From: Girardia tigrina
Lineage: Eukaryota
Direction of reading: 5' to 3'
Length of the DNA: 49,854 nt
Assembly: GCA_001938485.1 (NCBI GenBank)
Contig: MQRK01224352.1
Span: 1 to 49,854 of the forward strand
Shown here: positions 39,385 through 49,854 of the stretch, piece after piece
How the letters are laid out: every line of letters starts with the position of its first letter
How positions within the stretch are numbered: the first letter of the stretch is position 1
Translations under genes and position numbers: made by a program
The notes under the pieces: model-generated
What the model was told of the DNA's origin: nothing
The model's input: only the letters and a program-made list of their open reading frames with translations
Database searches by the model: none

Positions 39385-41602
39385 TAGGGATCAATAAAAT
39401 TTTGGGATATATAAAAATTATAGAAAAAAATGTTAATTAAAAAAATATAATGGTAATGGTAAAAATATAATGTTAATTAAAAATATAATAAATCAATTTT
39501 ATGGGTAATTACAATTTGTTTATTGGTTTAATAAGTCCATATATAATTAAAACGGGATTTGATATTTTAACGATATTAGTTCATTATTTGATAAACTTAG
39601 TTGATTGATTTTTGTTTATCTTGGCTTTTTAGTAAGCCTTGAGAAAAGTGACAAAGATTGAGACAGGGTGAATGTGTAAGATCATTGATGTCACTATGTA
39701 ACTAATTGAAAGTACTGGAAACATTGTTCATTAACCCTTCCACAAATCATTACTCCGACTGAAATTGGAATTTCTGATTGGGAAGGTTTTTATAATAAAA
39801 CTAGAAACATTTTATGAACTTCTTTATTTATGATAGATCCAACGATCAACTATATATGTTGAAAAGCATTAAGATCACAACATTGTTAAGGAACTTGTGC
39901 TAATCCTATAGATAAAATGGTTTTTGTTACATTCTCCCTTCTTTTTAACATAATAATCTTTTCCTGTTAAAAAGAGAAGTAAGTATATCAAAAATACCTT
40001 TTGTTCTTCACTAAAAGTATTTTAACATTAAAAAATATATAAAATTAAGTTTCACATATGAAATTCATCTATAAAATCTTTAATGTATCAAAATTTAGTT
40101 CATTCTAAACAATGTTTAGATAAAAAAAAATAATTATCTGAATTTTTGTTTAATTGATTCATAATTTATTTTGAAATTAACTAAACTAAATTATATATCT
40201 CTTCAGATAAATATGCATTAATAAAAATATTTTTTTAAATACATATTAAATATATTCTGAAATTTTAAAACTCTTTTAATACCGAAAATAATTTTAATCA
40301 ATAAAAACCGAATTTATTTGGTTTAAATTATTTGACATTTAAATTAATGAAATATTATTAATTTTTGATCAAATATTTAGATAATCATTAAGGAAGAAAA
40401 TATAATTAAAATTGTATAATCTTTATTTTATATTGACATTCTTAATTATTAAAAACATATTAAATGTTAGAATTCGTTTTGAATTTTTATTTAAAATTGA
40501 ATATTCGAAAATTAAATATCTGTTTATTTTTGTAATATAGAAGGAATCACAGTAAATATTGCTATTTTATCATATTTAAACAAGTTAAATCTAATTACAT
40601 TGTACAGAGAATTATACAAATAAAATTCTAGGATTAATAAACATTATATATTTTGAATGTATTTGGTAGTTAATGAAAAGTAACTATATAAACATTATTT
40701 GCAACATTATGTTTAATACTTTGTCAACATTAATGAAAAAATGCATTATTTGTTAAATGAAAAACAGGAAATTATTGTATTGTAACGGCTTATATAACTC
40801 ATATGTAACATTGAAAGTCGTGAGAATTAAATATAATGTTAATATATTTGGACATGATAACAGAACAATTGAATAATACCTTTTTAAACATGATGAGACG
40901 CTACCAAGCATTTAACGATTGTTAGGTAAACCAACAGTAAAATATAAAATTGAAACCAATTTAACATTTTAATACAAATATTTTCTGAATAGACCTGATT
41001 GCATAAAAACAAAAGATATTGCAAATATTTTCCATATAATAACTAATACTTCAAAAAAATTTTTCAATAAACTCAGAAGTTTGGTAAGCTTTTCAGCTTT
41101 GTCTTTTAAATTTTCTGATATATTTGTAACTTCTATTCCATGAAGTTTCATTTCTTCTGTGGTTTGTTCACTTGTATAAACTTGTTTCTTTCTGTCCGAC
41201 TTCTCTTAAAAGCTTTTCAAATGCGAAATCAATTCTTTGTATCACCTTTTTAGCTCCTGTACTATTTAAGTTATTTAACTTCATTTTAGCATTGTCACAT
41301 ATTTCTGTAAAATGTTCTGTAATTCTACAAGCCTCTTTAGCTATAACGTACCATATAACATCTATCCGTAAATATTTTAAATTTATTTCTGCAATTATGG
41401 TAAATATTATTAAAGAATATTATTCATTGCTTATATATACCTATTTTATCATTACAAGCATTTAATAATACTTGAAAATAATTTATTTGCATATTAACGG
41501 CTGCGCCGCTATTGAAAAGACCGAATTGAATAATATATATCGAATCTTTTATTTTCCTCTATGTTTCTTTAACAGCATTACTCCATTTTTGGATATTATA
41601 TT

Positions 41603-42102
41603 TGTGAGGAATATTTTACATTTGGTATGTTGAAATTTGTATGTTGAGTTTAGTATTTGGAAATGTGTTTCTCCCACACAGATGGAAAATTGATATTTTG
41701 GATGTTCACGATAGATAATTATTCGATTATAATTTGCATAAGATATTTAAAAAAATTAAAAATATTAAATCGTTTCAAATTTTCATATTAAAATTTAAAT
41801 AAAATAAATAGTTTTAACTAAGTTTTGAATTAAATAAATCTTCTTTCTTTCCATAAAATAATTTTTAAATAAAATTAATATCTTAATAAAATTTATACTA
41901 AAATTACAAAATTTGAATTTTAAAAATAAAATCTGAATATAATGAAAAATTTGTTCGAATAATTGTTTATTAACAAACATTAATAAAAATTATCAATATA
42001 GAACGATGTCGAATTATGAGAGTTTTGCTGAGAGTTGTCCAAAAGACAATTCTGATTGTAATGAAAATAAAAGTTTGAAAACTCATGTTGGTGTTCTTAA
42101 TA
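41603..42102 (+). repeat. Solo LTR with 5-bp TSD ATATT
   Basis: TGTGAGGA...GTTCTTAATA. ATATT at 41598-41602 and 42103-42107. Confidence 0.85.
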
Positions 42103-43750
42103 ATATTTAATTAATTGATAAGGGGATTTTGCTATAACTTTGATTATTTGAAAATTTAACCTCACTTGATCTAAGACGCAAGCTAGCTCTGCTTTTGCAT
42201 TTCTCACAAAGACTCCTGTAAGAACTAACTTTCTTAGTTGGTTCTTTACCAGTTGCTTAACGCAATCTTACCCTTATGGGTTGGCGGCCTGTCCAAATAA
42301 GAATCCCGGGATGGGTCGTGGTTCTATCTTTGTAATTGTAGATACAGGAGTAGTAGTCAAGAGGTACTGTAAACTCGCATATGATGGCTTCCCTGATGCG
42401 GCGTACCTGGGCTCAATGGACGCTTTAGTTCGAGCTCCTTGCTTGGCGTATATTCTGCGTTTTGGTCTAGAACCAAGTTGTGCTAAATGAAAATTTCCAG
42501 CATTTCCCATCATACTTAACGCAGGACCAAGACCCGTAAATACTGATGCATACATTAACAAAACCCAACGAAGTCTACTTGAAGCCAAAAATGGTCCGAC
42601 TAAAGAAAATATGCATTTCATATCCTTCAAAAAAGATATACCGAAAACAGACAGAATTAACAAAATTATACAAAAGAAAAGTTCTATACCAGGATCTCTG
42701 TGAAATGTAAAAACCAGTAGAAAGAAAAGAAGATAAGCTAACACAATACCCCAAAATAGATCGGTTGTATTCTTCTTTAATTCTTTTACATCTTCGACTG
42801 GAAAGCTATCAAAATATACGAGATCTATTTCAAAATAACCAATTGTGTTACGAATTAAATTTTAAATTGAGTCTGATAGTTTTTCTAACCATTGTTCTTT
42901 CCCATCTTTCTAATTTTCGAAGCTTGTTTCTTTTCTAAACGTTTAATTCTTTTAATATTTTTTTGTGCCTTCTTTGAAATTTTCGCTTCCTTCTTTTGAT
43001 TTTTTTGATTTTTTTTCTAATTCATTATTGTACACAATTTTTGATTTACAAATTTCCTTTTTTGTCTTATTAGATACATTAGTATGAGTAAAACGTTTGG
43101 TAATCATCAATAATAGTCATTTTAAAGTGGTAAATTTCAAAATTTTGAAACTATTATGCTTATTAAAATTCAAAACAAATTTAAAAAAAATTTTGTCAGT
43201 CTTTCAGTAAAGGATAGATGAATTCAGGAAACCTTTTTCCTTCCTTAAACAAATTTAAGATTTTGAGGACCATGATTTATCAAGTGGTCAACAGACTTGA
43301 TAAATATGTTTTAAATAGTATTGAGATATTTTGTTTGGTAATTTAAATTATAAATTATCTACCGGTATATTTATTTATAAATGTCTCTCTTTCCTTGCCC
43401 AAGGACGATTCAAATCAACATGTTATCACTGGCAATTGTTGCTCATTGCTTGATTATATAACAATTAAGTATTTAGGAAAAGATATAAATTAAATAATAT
43501 TTAAAAAACTAAAATTAGAAAATCAAAAAAAATTGAAATTTCAAAATTATATGATTTTTATTAGTTTTAAAACAAATAAATAAATTATAAATTAATTTAA
43601 AAAGGAAATATTTTCGAGCTTTGAACCAAATTTTATTGAACTAATAATTTAAATTTTAAACGCATCAGGATAATGATTACAAATAAACTTGAAAAAAGAT
43701 GGCAATTTTTTATTAAAAACAAATAAACGCCATTTAAAAATATATTTTAG

Positions 43751-43789
43751 GATAATATATTTCGACGGTTTAACCGTCATCATCAGATC
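43751..43789 (-). ncRNA. Intact minimal hammerhead ribozyme
   Basis: gat-CTGATGA-t-GACGG-ttaaa-CCGTC-GAAA-TATA-T-T-atc. Stem I is gat/atc; stem III is the palindrome ATATAT. Confidence 0.8.
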
Positions 43790-43837
43790 ACTGATTACGT
43801 TCTTGATATAAAAGCAATAAAAAAGAACATAATCAGT

Positions 43838-43876
43838 GATCTGATGATGACGTTTAAACCGTCGAAGTATATTATC
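43838..43876 (+). ncRNA. Mutated sister hammerhead
   Basis: Same motif with GAAA changed to GAAG and one stem II mismatch. Confidence 0.65.
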
Positions 43877-44469
43877 CTAAAATATATTTTTAAATGGCGT
43901 TTATTTGTTTTTAATTTAAATTTTGTCCCCCATTTTAATCGAAATTTTGTCGAGTGTTAATTGAAGTTTTGTCGAAAGTTTGATTAAAATTTTTAGTCGA
44001 ACTTTGAGTGAAATTTATAATTCAACATTAATTATTTTGAAATTTTATTGAAATCTAGTTGCTGATTATTTTGAAATTTTGTCAAACTTTTGATTTATTT
44101 AGAAAAATTCATTGAAAACTTCGAATTCCGAATTTAACTGAATCAGATGTTTAAAAGATATCTCCACAATAAAATGATCGTAGCAGGACCACAAAGTCCC
44201 TGAATTTCAAATCCGATATTGCCACTTCATCGCTACCCCTGTTCGGCCTGAGGGCAACTTGAGGATCGGGGGGAACACATAGAAGGCAGAAATGCATTAA
44301 TTTGAAAGTTTTACTTTAAAGAACCGAACTCCTTTTTCTTTTAAGGTTAGAAAATAGACAGTTTTAATTTTATTTCAGCATAAAACTACGGAAATAAAAA
44401 CAGAGAAGCCGAATAAATTCATATTACAACCTAATCACATAAAGACTGTGTTATATGTTACTTTTACTC

Positions 44470-44790
44470 GACATTTGCGACATATCTCATAATCATCATT
44501 GATGATTCACAGAATATTAATGATATAATTGATAAATTTGTTCGGGAATTATTTATCAAAAGTGTCTCCGCCAAAGAGGATGATAAATCTAATTCGTTAT
44601 ATTGACTGTTTTATATTAATTATCAAACGAGTCTTCAAAACATTTAAGGTATCCCACAAATATCTTTTTTTTGAATTTGTTAATATTTTAATAATTGAAA
44701 GCATTCTTTGATCATTTAGAGCAATAAGATTTACGTGTTAAAAAATGCGAAATAAAGTTTTGATTTCAAGTGAAATATCTAATAAAATAT
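44470..44790 (-). mobile_element. Heavily degraded PLE reverse-transcriptase fragment
   Basis: In order: ISLEIKTLF (SLDIxSLF), LSSSLAET (LSPxLA) and MRYVA (RYVDD). Confidence 0.45.
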
Positions 44791-44992
44791 GGTTTTTGAC
44801 AATTTAATGATCTTATTGCTCTTTTTATCTTGACCACAACAATCGACCTTTGAGTATAAAATGCGAATTATATTTCTTCAAGTCACAAAATGCATCTTTA
44901 CATAAATTATATTATTTTTGTACAAAAAATAAAAAATTTAGTTTTAAATAAATTAAATATTATAATTTTTTCAATTTTCAACGTATTATACT

Positions 44993-45524
44993 TGTGAGGA
45001 ATATTTTAAATCTGGTATATTGAAATTGGTATGTTGAAAGTGGTATGTTGAGTTTAGTATTTGGAAATGTGTTTCTCCCACCCAGATGGAAAATTGATTA
45101 TTTAGATGTTCACGATAAATAATTATTCGAGTATAAGTTACATTTTAAAGTACAGCATAAGATATGTAAAAAACATTAAAAATATCAAATCGTTTCAAGT
45201 TTTAATATTAAAAATTTAAATAAAATAAATAGTTTTAACTAAGTTTTAAATTAAATAAATATTCTCTCTTTCCATAAAATAATTTTTAAAATAAAAATTA
45301 ATATGTAGATAAAATTATTACTAAAATTACAAAATTTGAACTTTAAAAATAAAATCTGAAAATAATGAAAAATTTGTTCAAATAATTGTTTATTAAAAAA
45401 ACATTAAATACAATTTAATTTAGAACGATGTCGAATTACGAGAGCTTTGCTGAGAGTAGTCCAAAAGACAATTCTGATTGTATTGAAAATAAAAGTTCGA
45501 AAACCGATGTTGGTGTTATTAAAA
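44993..45524 (+). repeat. Solo LTR, third close copy
   Basis: Starts TGTGAGGA and is collinear with the 29354 and 41603 copies. The TSD is not clean. Confidence 0.82.
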
Positions 45525-45639
45525 TTATTCACCAAGACTTATGATAAAATTCCTTCAAAAAAGCAGATGCAATATTTGAGGGAAAGCAAGAAACATACTA
45601 AAAATCAGGATAAAGGTATAAATATGTAATTATATGATG

Positions 45640-45960
45640 TAGATATAACAAAGATGTTTACAAAGCTTAATAAAGGACAAGGTATTGTTTCATGGAATTT
45701 AAAGAAAAAATTTTTTTTACATAAAAGAGAAACAAGTACGACAAATACAAGTTAATATTTGAGAAAGACCAAGATGATTTTTTAAGGATCGTGAAAATAG
45801 ATTGAGTGGCAATGTAAAATGAAGATGTAAAATGTTACAAAACATTTATTTTCTAATCTCATTTTTAATTCAAAATAGATTTTACCTGAATTAATATATT
45901 TTTAAAGCAACTCAATATACATTCGAATACCTTCTCAGGCTCGTATTTGGGAATTACATC
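45640..45960 (+). mobile_element. Possible degraded PLE N-terminal/RT fragment
   Basis: TKLNKGQGIVSWN resembles the PLE KADKGxxxV motif. Little else is recognisable. Confidence 0.3.
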
Positions 45961-48900
45961 TCAGATGTGCTTCGAAAAGCTTTGGATAAGTAATATAATC
46001 AAACATGCGTCATTTTAATTTAACTTTAATATCGGGTCCAAACCCTATAAGTCGACTTAGCCGCCCATTATCCGAGACGGGAGACAATGCAGCAGTTGTG
46101 TCTACCAGTCCCAAGAGCAATTTTCGAGAGCACGCCAATCGGTGAATATTGGGTCTAATCGGTTTACCATAGGACAATCCTTTCAATCGCCGAAGTCCCG
46201 AACGGTTAATATGTCCTGGTTTCTGCGACTTGTCCGAGCAAACAACATTTCAATGACAAAAAATATTAATCAAGAAAGAATGTTGAATAGGAAAGTAGTT
46301 TGAATACTTGTTGTTTTGACAATTCTTTTTTGTGATATTAATAAATATTCGAAAAATCATATTGATGTTGTTAATACCCTTGAAACGTTTATATGTTAAA
46401 ATAATTTTAAACATAATAAATTGTTTAATTGTTTTTTTTATTCTTTTTACTGTTTATTATTATATAATTATTAAATTCTATTAAATATTTCTTTATACAT
46501 TATTAATTTCTAAATTACTAAAATGTTTTAACCTGGGAAATAAAATTAAACAACTTTATGTTTAATTAATAATTAATCTGGTATTTCTCATCTATATAAT
46601 AAAAAATAAAGAAAAATGAATATTTTATAAATAATTAATAAATTTTTGTTCTACAAAAATTTATTGATATTATAAACTTTAATTTTTTCTTAATGTTTAT
46701 TTTTTATTTTTTTGAATGCTCAAAATCTTTTAATAAAACCTATTAAAATTTTATAAAAAAATAAAATTTAATAAATTTTTTTTCTAATTTCTCTTTCATT
46801 TCTATCGATTAAAATACATTTATTTTCAGATTAAAAAAAACAAAATATGAAATAATTTCAGTTTCATTGAAAATTTGTTTTCAATAAAAATTAAATTGTC
46901 CACAATATTGTCCAACTGATGATTTTAAGTGACCCTCTTTGGCGGTGGATTTTGAATACATAATTGTATTTGATCTCAAACTCCGGAAAATTTTGATGAG
47001 TCCCGATATTGGTCAATAAACATCAAACGTTTAATAAATACTTCCGATCGGTATTATTAGAATTATCAATTGAAAACATAAGAAATTTATTGGCCAATAA
47101 TTTATTTTTTATGGCTCACAAATATTTATATCAGTTCAAAACAATATGTTTGTCAGAATTATGATTAAATTATATCTATTTTTCAGTTTCATTTGGCTTT
47201 TGGGGATGTTAATTTTAAAACTGGGACAAATTTTTTTCAGTTGCCTAATAAAATGATCAATAAACTGTTAATCCGACCTTTTGGTGACGGGGGACATCAG
47301 TATGTTTGGGGGATGAGTTAGGATCCGTGTAAATTGATCAGGTCAACTGTTCGGTTGATCTAATATATATCCTTAAGAGAGATTAGAGTGTCAGGATCAG
47401 TAGGGAGTCTTTGCAGATTTTCAAAGTCCAAATTGAATTATATAGATTAATTTCTTTGACGCTAATAATTTTTTAAAGTATATAATAAATCATTTTTCGA
47501 ATTGGATTACAATTATTGTCGTCCTTCGGTTATAATTATCTTTTATTTTTTTTAAGTTTTTAATCAAAACTTTTTTAATATAATTACTTTAAAAATAAAT
47601 TAGCACTTTTTGACCGGAAATTTTAAAATAAATATTATTAACGTTTCACTTTTTTAAAAAATTATGTGTAAAACAATAAATAATAAAAAAGTATGGAAAA
47701 TGTATATAAAATATAATAAATAAAAGAAATAAATAAAATTAATTAAAATATTAAATTTTTGTTTATAACATAAAGTATTTCATATTATCATTTTACAAAA
47801 AAAATTTTTCAGTATTTATAATTATTAAAAAATGTAAATTGAATATATAATTATATTCGGATAATAAGATAAATGAAAGTGTAATTAATGTAATTAAATG
47901 AAGAAATTATTTAATTTATTGAAACGGTAGATAAATAAAAATAGATNNNNNNNNNNNNNNNNNNNNNNNNNNNNNNNNNNNNNNNNNNNNNNNNNNNNNN
48001 NNNNNNNNNNNNNNNNNNNNNNNNNNNNNNNNNNNNNNNNNNNNNNNNNNNNNNNNNNNNNNNNNNNNNNNNNNNNTGTCTAATTAAATTTTTCTCAGAA
48101 ATTACATGTAATCAGATATTATGTGAAATGCAATATTCAACGTTGGATAGGAAGTTATTAGAACTTTTAGACCAGTAAAACATTTCTTACACTTGTTAGA
48201 ACAGAGACTTTTTGTAATCTAAAGAGATCATAAAAATAATTTTTTTTGAAGTTAAAAAATCATAATATTTCAAACTCCATCAAACTTGTTATTTATTTAT
48301 ATCGTAAAATCTGTTACATATAAAGAAAATCTGAAATTCTATTCTAACATTTATTCAATGAGATTTGGTATTCCTTTCTTTTTTATTAAAAGTCTAATAC
48401 AAAAACAAAACAAGTTTCTGAATGACAAAAATAAAATTAATAATTAAAATTAAAATTAAAATTAAAATTAATTAAAATTAATAATTAAAATTAATAATAA
48501 TTAAATTAAATTAATAAATCAAGGTAGATTTCATAAAAATAACATAAAAGCAATACAAAAGTTATAGTTAGTGTCAAAGCTACTTACTACTTCTCCTACA
48601 TAACTCTATGCTTAAATGTATAAAAATTTTCATACTATCCTTTTTGAAAAAAATACGTATTTAAAAAACACAAACTTCAATGCCGTCACATGTATATTAA
48701 ACTTCAAGAAGCTTATAATTACGTTTTTTTTCGTTTGCCTGCACTCTTACAAGAAGAATAAATTAAAACTAAGTCGCGTTTATTAAAATATTAATAAAAT
48801 AAAATCGTTATTTGTTTTTTTTGTATTTTATTTATCTTTATAGCGATTAGGCAATCCTTAAAATGTTGTCCCTGTCGTTATTTTTTACACATTTTGTTAA

Positions 48901-49149
48901 AATTAAGAGGCTTATTTATTATACATATAATTTGTAGTGATTTTTTATATTTTCAAATAAAAATTTGTACACATTTACAAATGATAATAATAAAGTTTAC
49001 TTATTTATCAGGAGATAAGGATTTGCTGTCTTTTTAAATTTTTATTTGTAATAAACAGTTTAGTTAAATCCGGTGCCCATTTTAAAAGTTCTTACTACAT
49101 TTTCTGAAAATTTACAATAAAAAATAACTAATTAAATTTGCAAAAAACA

Positions 49150-49705
49150 GAAAGGTTTTTTAATCTAAAATATTTTCATGTAAGAATACCTGTATCTGGT
49201 GTCTTTTTGTATAATTCAGTTTTATACTTCCCATTCATCCTACTGAAAAGAATATCAAGAAAATGAAGTTTGTTATTAACTTCCAATTCCGTAGTGTATT
49301 TAATATCAGGATATATATTGATGGGTACCAATATGTAAAAATAAAAACAGTAGAGTGTGTACGATTAATTGGAAGTCTAACTTCTAGCTACCGTTGACCA
49401 ATTTGATTGTATTGAGTGTGAGAAGTTTCATCTCAATGATTAGCTTTTGGTGTGCTGTTAGTTGTCATCTTTATCATATGTCTTCGTTGCCTTGTAAAGT
49501 ACGGAACGATAGAGAAAACATATCGTTTTCTCAAATGGCAATTGATAGCTGCCAATGGTTGGTTTGCGAGAATGAGATTGATTGCATTTAGTGCATTTTT
49601 CTTAATTTTAAGAAAAAGTGAAATAAAGTTATTTTCATCCAATAATTTATTGGATAAATTTTATTTATTTTCGGCAAGTTTCCATATAGTGTACCTGCTT
49701 GGTAC
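49150..49705 (-). mobile_element. Degraded PLE reverse transcriptase
   Basis: GTLYGNLPKINK (LYGLPKIHK) near 49695 and YPDIKYTTELEVNNKLH/FLDILFSRMNGKYKTELYKK..DTG at 49316-49185. Confidence 0.75.
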
Positions 49706-49712
49706 ATTTTGT

Positions 49713-49753
49713 GACTTGATGATGGGATTATTATAATCTCGAAACGCGTCGTC
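49713..49753 (+). ncRNA. Minimal hammerhead ribozyme (C3U variant) in an inverted pLTR
   Basis: gac-TTGATGA-t-GGGATT-attat-AATCTC-GAAA-CGCG-T-C-gtc. GUC cleavage triplet, palindrome ACGCGT, stem I gac/gtc. Confidence 0.8.
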
Positions 49754-49789
49754 TTATTTTTATCCCTATTATATAGATTTTACCTTACA

Positions 49790-49793
<4 letters not shown>

Positions 49794-49854
<61 letters not shown>
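49794..49854. repeat. (TA)n microsatellite
   Basis: Pure TA run to the window end. Similar runs border the gaps at ~19902 and ~21047. Confidence 0.95.

Larger units (their letters stand above)
37400..43107 (-). pseudogene. DC-STAMP-domain (DCST1/2, sneaky, spe-42-like) multi-pass membrane gene, disrupted
   Basis: Segments occur in the family's order: KCIFSLVGPFLASSRLRWVLLMYASVFTGLGPALSMMGN..LAC (42625-42166, donor CAA|GTGAG), LLNACNDKI|gt (~41445), FVFMQSGLFRKYL (~41000), and weaker matches YIVDRWIY (~39840) and QPYSL..YLHP (~37700). Stops, frameshifts and TE insertions are present. The 3' segments and the 3' boundary are tentative. Confidence 0.7.
43712..43915. repeat. Hairpin of two inverted 93-bp pLTR-like arms with an 18-nt loop
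   Basis: 43712-43804 is the reverse complement of 43823-43915 with 3 mismatches. Confidence 0.93.

Noticed and set aside
42274-42744. Standalone 156-aa membrane protein
   Set aside because: It is a chimera of a DC-STAMP-like exon reading into an inserted sequence.
46993-47021. Hammerhead-like TTGATGAGTCCC
   Set aside because: There is no matching GGAC-GAAA half or cleavage triplet.
48185-48300. Possible further PLE RT piece (MISLD..SLF, minus strand)
   Set aside because: It is a single short motif, and a neighbouring DGV-like motif is in the wrong order, so it is too weak to call.
1-49854. CRISPR arrays, tRNAs or prokaryotic operons
   Set aside because: No regularly spaced repeats, cloverleaf or operon structure was seen; the content is eukaryotic TE-rich DNA.

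Overview
Very AT-rich eukaryotic scaffold with six N-gaps. It is probably from a freshwater planarian (Dugesiidae); this is an inference from a planarian-like 5S sequence, the composition and the mariner load. Most of the window is decayed transposable elements: at least 7 mariner relics, one ITm DD37E element, one pogo, one hAT with TIRs and an 8-bp TSD, gypsy gag/protease/integrase fragments, a family of ~500-bp solo LTRs with 5-bp TSDs, and several Penelope-like (PLE) fragments carrying minimal hammerhead ribozymes. The only recognisable host gene is a DC-STAMP-domain (DCST/sneaky/spe-42-like) gene on the minus strand (~37.4-43.1 kb), which appears pseudogenised. The most unusual items are: (1) a 148-bp GC-rich fold-back with Polinton/Maverick-type AGTAGT termini, an exact 6-bp TSD and three RFX X-boxes; (2) a 5S-rRNA-headed SINE-like element ending in a PLE-type hammerhead-like motif; (3) a 204-bp near-perfect hairpin made of two inverted hammerhead-bearing pLTRs; (4) covarying palindromic stem III sequences across the hammerhead copies. 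All calls are from manual reading; no searches were run.
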